A stretch of 64,000 nt of DNA from Anaerohalosphaeraceae bacterium (GTDB lineage Bacteria > Planctomycetota > Phycisphaerae > Sedimentisphaerales > Anaerohalosphaeraceae): NCBI GenBank assembly GCA_050309605.1, contig JBNRMN010000096.1, forward strand, positions 21,827 through 85,826. Reading direction: 5' to 3'. Below are positions 29,779 to 38,653 of the stretch, in pieces. Position 1 is the stretch's first letter; each line of letters opens with the position of its first letter. Made by a program: the position numbers and the translations under genes. The notes beneath the pieces are model-generated. The model worked only from the letters and a program-made list of their open reading frames with translations. It made no database searches and was not told the origin of the DNA.

Positions 29779-29802
29779 CTGAATTCTCAATTCTCAATTC
29801 AT

Positions 29803-31062
29803 ATGAACCTGTCTTATTCAGATTTTCATTCTGCGGCCGCTCACTACGGCAGTCCGTTTTATGTGATTGATCGGGGTCGGTTTGAGGGCAATTTTGAAGC
29901 GCTGACGGCGGCGTTTGAGTCGCGGTATCGGCCGTTTGTTCTGGCGTATTCGTACAAGACCAATTATGTGCCCTATCTGTGCCGTCTCGTTCGCGACCGG
30001 GGCGGCTGGGCGGAGGTGGTCTCGCGGATGGAGTATGATCTGGCACTGAAGGTCGGCTGCGATCCGCGTCGGATTATCTTCAACGGGCCGGTCAAGCGGC
30101 GCGAGGATCTTGAGCTGGCGCTGGCCGGCGGCAGTGTGGTGAATCTGGATTCGGAGGCGGAGTTTGAGGCGGTGCTGAGGTATGCTGCGGCGCATCCGTC
30201 CCAGACGGTCAAGGTGGGGCTGCGTGTGAATATCGCCCTGTCCGATGAGGCCGGGCGGTCGCATATTCAGAATCGGCTGAAGGTCGGTCGGTTCGGTTTT
30301 GATCCGGCGGTTATTGAAGCGGCGGCGCGAACATTGCAGAGGGCCAAAAATATCCGAATCGCCGCGCTGCACGGGCATACGTCCACGAGCGACAGCAGCG
30401 TATGGTGTTTTCAGACGATTACCGAGACGCTGGTGCATCTGGCTGAGCGGCTGTTTCCAACATCGGTCGAGGCCATCAATATCGGCGGGGGGATGTTCGG
30501 GGTCATTGAGCCGGAACATCGGTGGTGTGAGGTGCCGTCGTTTAGTGAGTATGCCGAGACGGTGTGCGGGGTGCTGGGCCGCAGCGAGTGGGTGCGGCAG
30601 AGCAGGCCGACACTGGTGATTGAGCCGGGGGTGGCGATGGTTGCCAATGCGGTCAGTTTTGTGACGCAGGTGGTCAGCGTCAAGCAGGTCCGCGACAAGA
30701 CGTTTGTAACGGTGGACGGCAGCGCGCTGAACAGCAAGCCGACGTTTCATGCGATCAACCCGCCGTTTGAGATCCTCTCGGCGTCCGGCCGATCCGGCTC
30801 GGAGCAATCGTTTGATGTGGTCGGTTCGACATGTATGGAAAAGGATATTCTTCTGCGCGAGGTGTCGGCGCCGCTGCCATCGGCGGGCGATTATATTCGG
30901 CTCAATCGTGTGGGGGCTTATACGCTTGTACTGACGCCGCCGTTTATTCATCCGGCGCCGGCTGTACTGGCGCAGGACGGCGATCAGGTGATTTGCGTCC
31001 GCCGCCGTCAGACGCTGGACGATTTGTTTTCGTGTTATACGTTTGATTGTGACGCTGTTTGA
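29803..31062 (+). CDS. PLP-dependent fold-III decarboxylase (diaminopimelate decarboxylase-like)
   Basis: YSYKTN (PLP Lys), FNGPVK, NIGGG, EPG, CMEKD and GAY. Confidence 0.88.
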   Translation: MNLSYSDFHSAAAHYGSPFYVIDRGRFEGNFEALTAAFESRYRPFVLAYSYKTNYVPYLCRLVRDRGGWAEVVSRMEYDLALKVGCDPRRIIFNGPVKRREDLELALAGGSVVNLDSEAEFEAVLRYAAAHPSQTVKVGLRVNIALSDEAGRSHIQNRLKVGRFGFDPAVIEAAARTLQRAKNIRIAALHGHTSTSDSSVWCFQTITETLVHLAERLFPTSVEAINIGGGMFGVIEPEHRWCEVPSFSEYAETVCGVLGRSEWVRQSRPTLVIEPGVAMVANAVSFVTQVVSVKQVRDKTFVTVDGSALNSKPTFHAINPPFEILSASGRSGSEQSFDVVGSTCMEKDILLREVSAPLPSAGDYIRLNRVGAYTLVLTPPFIHPAPAVLAQDGDQVICVRRRQTLDDLFSCYTFDCDAV

Positions 31063-31079
31063 ACCGAAAAGGAATGGAT

Positions 31080-31646
31080 ATGTCAACGCCTGAGGTAACG
31101 ATTTTCGGCGACCGGGTGCGGCTGCGGCCGCTGCGGGAAGCGGATCTGCCGCTGCGGGTGCGGTGGTATAATGATCCCGATGTGCGAAAGACGCTGACGG
31201 TGACCGAGCGGTTTGAGCTGGAAAAGACGCGCCGCTGGTTTCAGGCGATTCAGTCCGACCCTCGTCGGGTGGATTTTTTTGTCGAGTCGGCGGACGGTTC
31301 GCCGATGGGGGTGACCGGGCTGCTGCATAGGGACGCTGTTCATGCAACGGCGGAATGTTTTTGCGTGATCGGGGAGAAGAGCTTCTGGGGCGGGGGCCTG
31401 GGGACGGAGATTCATTCGGTGCTGCTGGCGTGGGCGTTTGAGTCGATGCAGCTTGAGAAAATCTGGGCGATCATTCGGACGAATAATCCGGCGATATTCA
31501 GGGTGGTTCAGAAGCTTGGGTTTCAGATTGAAGGAACGCTTCGCAGAGAGTTGCGGCTGGAAGGACAGCGGCAGGATGTCTATCGCATCGGATTATTACG
31601 TGAGGAGTTTGTCCCGACGCATTCGCGTTATGAAGTGGTTGAATAA
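31080..31646 (+). CDS. GNAT N-acyltransferase (RimJ/PseH-like)
   Basis: LRPLREADL...W.ND, IGEKSFWGGGLG, N..A...KLGFQIEG. Confidence 0.88.
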   Translation: MSTPEVTIFGDRVRLRPLREADLPLRVRWYNDPDVRKTLTVTERFELEKTRRWFQAIQSDPRRVDFFVESADGSPMGVTGLLHRDAVHATAECFCVIGEKSFWGGGLGTEIHSVLLAWAFESMQLEKIWAIIRTNNPAIFRVVQKLGFQIEGTLRRELRLEGQRQDVYRIGLLREEFVPTHSRYEVVE

Positions 31647-31692
31647 TTGGTGTTTATTGGTATCTGGAAATACAGACAAGAGGAATAGACCA

Positions 31693-32976
31693 TTGAAGAT
31701 TGAAACGGCAGTTGTTTTGGGGGCCAGCGGGACGGTCGGCAGTCTGGTCGGCGGGATTTTGGCTCAAAATGAGATTAAGGTGTATTTTCTCAGCCGCGAC
31801 GCAGCGCGCTCGCAAAAAGGGCTTGAAAAGGCCATGGCTCAGGCCCGTTCGGAAGTGATTTCAAAGCATATCATTTGCGGGGATTATGATACGCTTTTGG
31901 AGCGGGCGTGCGGCGAGGCGGACTGGGTTCTTGAATGTGTGGCCGAGGATATGGACGTCAAGCGGGCGATGTATGAGCAGGTGGATCGGTTTCGGCGCGA
32001 CGGCTCGATTGTCAGCTCGGTCACGTCCAGTCTGGTTCTGGAGTCCTTGTCCGAAGGGCGGAGCGATGATTTTCGTCGGCATTTTCTCTCGACGCATTTT
32101 TACAATCCGCCGTCTCGGATGCTTGCGTGCGAACTGTGCGGGCAGAGTCGGACGGATCCGTCGGTGACGGCGTTTATGGCCGAGTTTCTGGCCAAACGGC
32201 TGCGGCGGGTGGTGGTTCCGGTCAAGCCGACGGCCGGGTTCGCAGGCAACCGTGTCGCTTTTGTCCTGTTCGCTCGGATTACCGAACTGGCGGCCCAGCA
32301 CGGCGTAGAGATGATGGATTATCTGATCGGGCCTTATACGGGCCGGATTATGGCGCCGCTGGCGACGCTGGATTTGGTGGGGCTGGATATTCACGCGGCG
32401 ATTATTCGCAGTTTGCAGGAGAATGTCTCCGATGCGATGCATGATCAGATCGTGCTGCCGGCGTATATTGAGGCGATGATTCAGGCCGGGCATCTGGGGC
32501 GAAAGAGCCGCGACAAGGGCGGCTTTTACAAGCGGCTGGAAAGCGGAAAGCATATCTATATTGATCCGGCGACGCTGGAGTATGTGCCGGCCTTTGAGCC
32601 GCATGTGCGGTTTGTCGAGCAGGCCAAGGAGTTTATTCATATCGGCCGGTATCGACAGGCGTTTGAAGTGATTCTGGCCGCTGACGGGACGGAGGCGAAC
32701 ATTGTCAAGGAGATGCTGGCGACGTATATCGCGTATGCGTATATGCTGATCGGACAGGTTACCGATGCAGACGACGGGATCGAGGGGATGGATCGGGTGA
32801 TGACGGCGGGGTATAACTGGGCCGGGCCGAGTATGCTGGTGCAGATGCTGGGCGGCAAAGAGCGGGCCATGGAACTGCTTGAAGCCCAACAGTTGCCTGT
32901 CCCGGACGGCCTGAAAAACGACACCGCTTGTGAGCGTTACGTGTTTAATATCGGCAAGTATTTTCCGGCCCTATAG
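31693..32976 (+). CDS. 3-hydroxyacyl-CoA dehydrogenase family protein (TTG start)
   Basis: VLGASGTVG, ECVAED...K, THFYNPP, GFAGNR and LDLVGLD; AGGA upstream of TTG. Confidence 0.85.
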   Translation: MKIETAVVLGASGTVGSLVGGILAQNEIKVYFLSRDAARSQKGLEKAMAQARSEVISKHIICGDYDTLLERACGEADWVLECVAEDMDVKRAMYEQVDRFRRDGSIVSSVTSSLVLESLSEGRSDDFRRHFLSTHFYNPPSRMLACELCGQSRTDPSVTAFMAEFLAKRLRRVVVPVKPTAGFAGNRVAFVLFARITELAAQHGVEMMDYLIGPYTGRIMAPLATLDLVGLDIHAAIIRSLQENVSDAMHDQIVLPAYIEAMIQAGHLGRKSRDKGGFYKRLESGKHIYIDPATLEYVPAFEPHVRFVEQAKEFIHIGRYRQAFEVILAADGTEANIVKEMLATYIAYAYMLIGQVTDADDGIEGMDRVMTAGYNWAGPSMLVQMLGGKERAMELLEAQQLPVPDGLKNDTACERYVFNIGKYFPAL

Positions 32977-33055
32977 GAAATCCGCAAATACAGGATGTTT
33001 CTATTCTGTTATTCTGATATGATCGAATTGTCCCCCTTTTGAAAGTGGAAAGTTG

Positions 33056-34285
33056 ATGATGCAGACGATTTATATACTTGGCGGTTACCAGACGGATTTT
33101 GCGCGGAACTGGGCGCGTGAGAATAAGCATATCAGTGCGATGATGCGTGAGGCGTATGAAGGGTCGCTGGCGGTAACGCGGATTGAGCCGCGCGACATTC
33201 AGGCCGCATTTATCGGCAACTTCGCGGCCGAATTGTACTGTATGCAGGGGCATCTGGGCGCATTTTTTGTGGATTTTGATCCGCGGTTCAAGGGGCTGCC
33301 GACGATGCGTTTTGAGGGGGCGTGTGCGTCCAGTGCGCTGGCGGCGCTGTCGGCGATGGCGCATCTTCAGGCCGGCCAGTACGACTGCATTGCGCTGGTC
33401 GGCGTCGAGCTGATGAAAACGGCCTCGCCGGCCAGAGGCGGCGATTATCTGGGGACGGCGGCCTGGTATGAGCGGGAATCGGCCAACATCGATTTTCCCT
33501 TTCCCAAATTGTTCGGCAAACTGGGGGATGTGTATGAGGCGCGGTATGGTCTGGATGATGCGCATCTGGCGCGAATCGCGGCGATCAACTACGGTAACGC
33601 CAAACGCAATCCCAACGCCCAGACGCGCGACTGGTATATGAGTGTGGACCACGCGCGCTGCAAGGGACAGTACAACAGTACCGTTACGGGACGGATTAAG
33701 GTGACCGATTGCTCTCAGGTTACCGACGGGGCGGTGTGTATGTATCTTGCGTCAGAGCGGTTTGCCGGCCCGTACGCCGAGCGGATGGGGTGTTCGCTTG
33801 AGCAGCTTCCGCGGATCAGCGGATGGGGCCATACGACGGCGCCGATTGAGTTTGTCGCCAAGGTTGCCGATTCGGAAGGTCAGCCGTATGTGCTGCCCTG
33901 GACGCGCAAGGCCATCACCGATGCGTACACGCGGGCGGGTCTTCGGGACTGGCGGCAGCTTGATGTGATTGAGACGCATGACTGTTTTACCACGTCGGAG
34001 TATATGGCGATTGATCATTTTGGTCTGACCGAGCCGGGGCAATCCTGGAAGGCGATTGAAGAGGGCGTCATCGACTTCGGCGGCGCATTGCCAATCAATC
34101 CGTCCGGTGGGCTGATCGGCTGCGGGCATCCGGTCGGGGCGACCGGCGCTCGGCAATTACTGGATGCTTATAAACAGGTTACCGGCACCGCGGGCGACTA
34201 TCAGGTTCCCGGCGCCCGAACCGTGGCTACGCTGAATATCGGCGGCTCGGCGACCACGAATGTGTGTTTTATTGTCAGCCGCTAA
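33056..34285 (+). CDS. Thiolase family protein (SCP2-type)
   Basis: EGACASS, ETHDCF, GHPVGATG and NIGG. Confidence 0.9.
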   Translation: MMQTIYILGGYQTDFARNWARENKHISAMMREAYEGSLAVTRIEPRDIQAAFIGNFAAELYCMQGHLGAFFVDFDPRFKGLPTMRFEGACASSALAALSAMAHLQAGQYDCIALVGVELMKTASPARGGDYLGTAAWYERESANIDFPFPKLFGKLGDVYEARYGLDDAHLARIAAINYGNAKRNPNAQTRDWYMSVDHARCKGQYNSTVTGRIKVTDCSQVTDGAVCMYLASERFAGPYAERMGCSLEQLPRISGWGHTTAPIEFVAKVADSEGQPYVLPWTRKAITDAYTRAGLRDWRQLDVIETHDCFTTSEYMAIDHFGLTEPGQSWKAIEEGVIDFGGALPINPSGGLIGCGHPVGATGARQLLDAYKQVTGTAGDYQVPGARTVATLNIGGSATTNVCFIVSR

Positions 34286-35688
34286 TCGCAGGTCATATCG
34301 AAGTAGGCGCGGGCGTTGTTGTAGCAGATATCTTCCACCATGTGGCCCAGCAGGCTCATATCATCGGGCCACCACCCTTTTTGCACTTCTTCACCGAGCA
34401 GATTGCAGAGGATCCGCCGGAAGTATTCATGCCGCGAATAACTAAGGAAGCTGCGTGAATCGGTGAGCATTCCGATAAATCGGCTCAGCAGGCCGAGGTT
34501 TGACAGGGCGTTGAGCTGTTTGATCATTCCGTCCATCTGATCCAAAAACCACCAGCCGGAGCCGAGCTGCAGCTTGCCGGGGATTTGTCCATCCTGAAAG
34601 TTGCCCAGCATGGTGGCGAGCACTTCATTGTCTTTGGGGTTGATGTTGTACAGGATGGTTTTGGCAAGTTTGCCCTGTGAGTCGAGTCGATCCAGGAAAC
34701 GCGACAGGGGCAGGGCGATTTCAAAATCGCCGATGGAATCAAAGCCGGTATCCGGGCCAAGCCGGGCGAACATCCGGCTGTTGTTGTTGCGGATGGCGCC
34801 GATGTGGAACTGCTGGGCCCAGCCCTTTTCAAAATTCATCAGGCCGAATTCGACCAGCATGGCCGATTTGAACTGATCCTGTTCGAGCGGGGTCAATTCC
34901 CGACGGCTACGAATTTTCAGAAACACTTTCCGAATATCCTCGGCGGTGTAGTCGGCGGCATAGGGCCTGTCCAGGCCGTGGTCGCTGAGGCGGCAGCCGT
35001 TTTGATGAAAATAGTCCTGCCGTTTTCGGATGGCCTCAATGTAGTCGTCAAACTTGCTGATGTCGCTGTCGGTCCGCTCGGCCAGTGTGTCGATCCAGCG
35101 GTTCAGGGCGTCAAGGTTCTCGACGGCCATGGCTTTGTCCGGTCGCCAGGCGGTGTGGACGGCCACATCAAAATCGCTTTTGCGGACAGCCTGGTGGTGT
35201 TCGAGGCTGTCCAGGGGGTCTTCGGTGGTGCAGACGAGTTTAACATTCCAGCGTTGCATGATGTTTCTGACGCGAAACGGCTCGGTGCGGAGCATGGCGC
35301 CGCAGTCTTCATAAATGCTGTCGGCGGTCTCGGCGCTGAGCAGACGGTCGGTGATGCCGAAGGGTTTCTTCAGTTCGAGGTGCGTCCAGTGGTACAGGGG
35401 GTTGCGCAGGCAGGCTGGAACCGTCGCTGCCCATTTCTCAAATTTCTCCCAGTCGCTCGCATCGCCGGTACAGAATTTTTCATCCACGCCGTTGGTGCGC
35501 ATCGCCCGCCATTTGTAGTGATCGCCGGCCAGCCAGATTTGCGTGAGATTGTCAAACTGTTTGTTCTCGGCAATCTGCTTTGCGGGCAAGTGGCAATGGT
35601 AATCATAAATCGGCATTTTGGCGGCGTGGTCGTGGTAGAGCCGTCGGGCCGTTTCATTGAGCAGCAGAAAATCTTCGTGCATATACAT
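34282..35688 (-). CDS. uxaC: Uronate isomerase
   Basis: DYHCHL, DHYKWRAMR, GPDTGFD, WWFLD, GMLTDSRSFLSY and RHEYFRR; GTG at 35694 is an alternative start. Confidence 0.96.
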   Translation of the reverse strand: MYMHEDFLLLNETARRLYHDHAAKMPIYDYHCHLPAKQIAENKQFDNLTQIWLAGDHYKWRAMRTNGVDEKFCTGDASDWEKFEKWAATVPACLRNPLYHWTHLELKKPFGITDRLLSAETADSIYEDCGAMLRTEPFRVRNIMQRWNVKLVCTTEDPLDSLEHHQAVRKSDFDVAVHTAWRPDKAMAVENLDALNRWIDTLAERTDSDISKFDDYIEAIRKRQDYFHQNGCRLSDHGLDRPYAADYTAEDIRKVFLKIRSRRELTPLEQDQFKSAMLVEFGLMNFEKGWAQQFHIGAIRNNNSRMFARLGPDTGFDSIGDFEIALPLSRFLDRLDSQGKLAKTILYNINPKDNEVLATMLGNFQDGQIPGKLQLGSGWWFLDQMDGMIKQLNALSNLGLLSRFIGMLTDSRSFLSYSRHEYFRRILCNLLGEEVQKGWWPDDMSLLGHMVEDICYNNARAYFDMTCD

Positions 35689-35722
35689 AATCACTTCTCA
35701 ATTGGTTTTCTCAATTCTGAAT

Positions 35723-37174
35723 TCAGACGACATAAGTTGAGGCCGCGGTGTCGCCGCCGCGTCCGGTCCAGTTGGTATGGAAGAACTGGCCGCGCGGTTT
35801 ATCGACCCGCTCATAGGTGTGTGCGCCGAAGTAGTCGCGCTGGGCCTGGAGCAGGTTGGCCGGCAGCCGTTCGGTGCGGTAGCCGTCATAATAGGCCAAG
35901 GCCGAGCTGATCGCGGGCATCGGCACGCCCATTTCGACGGCACAGGTGACCACACGACGCCACGCCTCCTGGGCCTTGACGACGGCGTCGGTAAAGAACG
36001 GCGCCAGCAGGAGGTTGGTCAGATCGGGGTTTTTGTCAAAGGCTTCTTTGATTTTGCCGAGGAAGACCGAGCGTATGATGCAGCCGCCGCGCCACATCAG
36101 GGCGATACCGCCGTAGTTGAGGTTCCAGTCGTACTCGGCGGCGGCGGCGCGCATTAACTGATAGCCCTGGGCGTAGCTGACGATTTTGGAGGCGTAAAGG
36201 GCTTTTCTCAGGTCGTTGATCATCTGTTGTTTGTCGCCGTCAAATTTTTTATGCGGGCCGGACAGGATTTTGGATGCGGCCATACGTTCTTCCTTCAGGG
36301 CCGACAGACAGCGGGCAAAGACCGCCTCGCCGATGAGGGTCAGCGGTTGTCCGGTGTCCAGTGCGGCGATGACCGTCCATTTGCCGGTGCCTTTCTGGCC
36401 GGCGGTGTCGAGGATTAAATCAATTACGGCGTTGCCTTCGGCGTCTTTGTAGCCGAGGATGTCGCGTGTGATTTCGATCAGGTAGGAATCCAGCTCGCCT
36501 TCGTTCCAGTCGGCGAAGACCTTGTGCATCTCGGCGTTGCTCATGCCCAGGCCGACTTTCATCATCTGGTAGGTTTCGCAGATCATCTGCATATCGCCGT
36601 ATTCGATACCGTTGTGCACCATTTTGACGAAGTGGCCGGCGCCGTTTTCGCCCACCCAGTCACAGCAGGGCTGGCCGTCGTCGGTCTTGGCGGCGATTTT
36701 CTGGAAGATGGGCTTGACGTGTTCCCAGGCCGCTTTGGAGCCGCCGGGCATAATCGACGGGCCGCGCAGTGCGCCTTCTTCGCCGCCGGAAACGCCGGTG
36801 CCGATGTACAGCTTGCCTTTGCTTTCGACGTATTCGGTGCGGCGGGTGGTGTCCGGAAAGTGGCTGTTGCCGCCATCGATGAGGATGTCGCCGTCGTCCA
36901 GGTGCGGCAGAATCTGTTCGATGAAGGCGTCCACGGGTTTGCCGGCCTTGACCATCATCATCACCTTGCGCGGTGTTTTGAGGGAGGCGACCAGTTCTTC
37001 GACGGAATGACAGCCGATGATGTTTTTGCCTTTGGCCCGACCGTTGATGAAATCATCGACCTTGGAGACGGTGCGATTGAAACACGCCACCGTAAAGCCC
37101 TTGCTTTCCATATTGAGGATGAGATTTTCACCCATGACCGCCAAACCGACGACTGCAATATCCGCTTTTGTCAT
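35723..37174 (-). CDS. gnd: 6-phosphogluconate dehydrogenase, decarboxylating
   Basis: GLAVMG, DGGNS, VKMVHNGIEYGDMQ, GQKGTG and QAQRDYFGAH; AGGAG RBS. Confidence 0.97.
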   Translation of the reverse strand: MTKADIAVVGLAVMGENLILNMESKGFTVACFNRTVSKVDDFINGRAKGKNIIGCHSVEELVASLKTPRKVMMMVKAGKPVDAFIEQILPHLDDGDILIDGGNSHFPDTTRRTEYVESKGKLYIGTGVSGGEEGALRGPSIMPGGSKAAWEHVKPIFQKIAAKTDDGQPCCDWVGENGAGHFVKMVHNGIEYGDMQMICETYQMMKVGLGMSNAEMHKVFADWNEGELDSYLIEITRDILGYKDAEGNAVIDLILDTAGQKGTGKWTVIAALDTGQPLTLIGEAVFARCLSALKEERMAASKILSGPHKKFDGDKQQMINDLRKALYASKIVSYAQGYQLMRAAAAEYDWNLNYGGIALMWRGGCIIRSVFLGKIKEAFDKNPDLTNLLLAPFFTDAVVKAQEAWRRVVTCAVEMGVPMPAISSALAYYDGYRTERLPANLLQAQRDYFGAHTYERVDKPRGQFFHTNWTGRGGDTAASTYVV

Positions 37175-37192
37175 TTTCAATCTCCTGTTATA

Positions 37193-37236
37193 TAGTTCTT
37201 AGTTCTTGGTTCGTAGTTGAACTCAAAGCTCACAAC
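37193..37236. repeat. Inverted heptamer arrays of the same family as 28655-28713, opposite orientation
   Basis: TAGTTCT TAGTTCT TGGTTCG TAGTTG AACTCAA AGCTCAC AACT; TAGTTCTTGGTTCGT also occurs at 436-450. Confidence 0.8.
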
Positions 37237-37290
37237 TTTTTTTGCTTCATGGTCTATTCTTACAATCTGGGTTGTTTGTGGTTTTCGTTT

Positions 37291-38556
37291 TTATTCAAAT
37301 TTTTCTTTCCACGCCCACAGGCCGATGCCGGGGTTGGGGATGAAGAAGATTGTTTCGCCGTGGACGTCGTTGTATCCGGCCTTGAGCGTTTTGGGGTTGT
37401 ATTTTTTCATCATCGAGTTCAAGTCGGCATAGGCAAAATTGACCGATTCGATTTCATCACGTCTGATATGGCCGGGGCAATAGGTGATGTTGAAGCGGCC
37501 TTCGGATGAGCCGTGGATCAGATGGGCTGCGGCGCTGAGGTTGTTCTGCAAGTCGGTATGCTGCCGCGTCAGTTCCAGCACGCGGTCGGCGCCGACGTAG
37601 CCGTATTTGCGGATGAGTCGGTCGATTTCCTTGTCCTCGCCGAATTCCTTCAGGCCCGGGGCCAGTACGATTAATTCGCCGCCGTCGGCCATGGCCATTC
37701 GCGTTCGATAGATGCTTTTGTTGCCCAGCCAGGTGCTTTTGAACTCGTCCGGGTCGAGATAGACCACGGCCTTTTGAATCGGTTCGTCGAGCATCTCGAA
37801 GTTGACCTTCAGCGACAAGTCCGCGGCCTTGTTGAAACATTCAAGATCGTCGCCGATGAACAGGCCGCGTACGGCCGTGCCGCGGTCCGTGCCGCCGACG
37901 ACGGTCAGGACATAGACGATCGGCAAATCGCGGGCGAAATGCTCGTCGGCGTAGTTGAGCACCCGCCGTACCGGTGTATCGGCACGGCCCATCATCCGTT
38001 CCATTCCAAAAACCGCGCCGAGAAAGTGGCTTTTGTTGATGCCTTCGACACCGCCGGTTCCGACGAAGATGTTTTTGCTGTGATTGGCCATGCCGACCAC
38101 TTCGTGCGGGACGACCTGTCCGATGGATAAAATCAGATCGAATCGGCCTTCAACCAGCAGCTTGTTGACCTGGGCCGGCCAGTCGTAATCGACTTTGCCC
38201 TCGCTGACCTCGCGGACAAACTCACGGGGGACACGTCCCAGTGTCCGCAGGTCGTCGCGCCAGTTGTGCACGCGAAACAGGGACAGCGGCGTGTCGCCGT
38301 ACATCCGGCGGATTTCCGTTTCGGTCATGGCGAAATGTGTGCCCAGCGCGGGGAGGATGTCGGTCAGGGCCGGGCCGTAATATTGATGCGTCAGGCGGGT
38401 CAGGTCGCCGGCCCGTGAATAAAAGCGCGTGATGTCCGGCGGGACAGTTAGGACTTTTTTGCGCAGACCCAGCTTTTCCAGTGCGGTAAACAGGCCGTCT
38501 TTCAGATCCTCGATACTCAAATTGTCCTGCGGATTGCCGCGTTCGTAATACATCAT
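37291..38556 (-). CDS. LarA/DUF2088-family protein, probable D-mannonate/D-gluconate 2-epimerase
   Basis: PPDITR, ALGTH and VPHEVVG LarA-like motifs; lies between a mannonate oxidoreductase-like SDR and gnd. Confidence 0.75.
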   Translation of the reverse strand: MMYYERGNPQDNLSIEDLKDGLFTALEKLGLRKKVLTVPPDITRFYSRAGDLTRLTHQYYGPALTDILPALGTHFAMTETEIRRMYGDTPLSLFRVHNWRDDLRTLGRVPREFVREVSEGKVDYDWPAQVNKLLVEGRFDLILSIGQVVPHEVVGMANHSKNIFVGTGGVEGINKSHFLGAVFGMERMMGRADTPVRRVLNYADEHFARDLPIVYVLTVVGGTDRGTAVRGLFIGDDLECFNKAADLSLKVNFEMLDEPIQKAVVYLDPDEFKSTWLGNKSIYRTRMAMADGGELIVLAPGLKEFGEDKEIDRLIRKYGYVGADRVLELTRQHTDLQNNLSAAAHLIHGSSEGRFNITYCPGHIRRDEIESVNFAYADLNSMMKKYNPKTLKAGYNDVHGETIFFIPNPGIGLWAWKEKFE

Positions 38557-38653
38557 ACCCAGCTTCCGGCTTTCAGCTTCCGGCTTTTCGGTTTTTTGAC
38601 ACCGTAACACAATAACGTGACGCTGTATTGATCACGATTCCTATTCGTTTGAT

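Noticed and set aside
31438..31692. N-terminal extension of the hydroxyacyl-CoA dehydrogenase ORF
   Set aside because: It overlaps the GNAT gene; the Rossmann motif begins right after TTG 31693, which has an RBS
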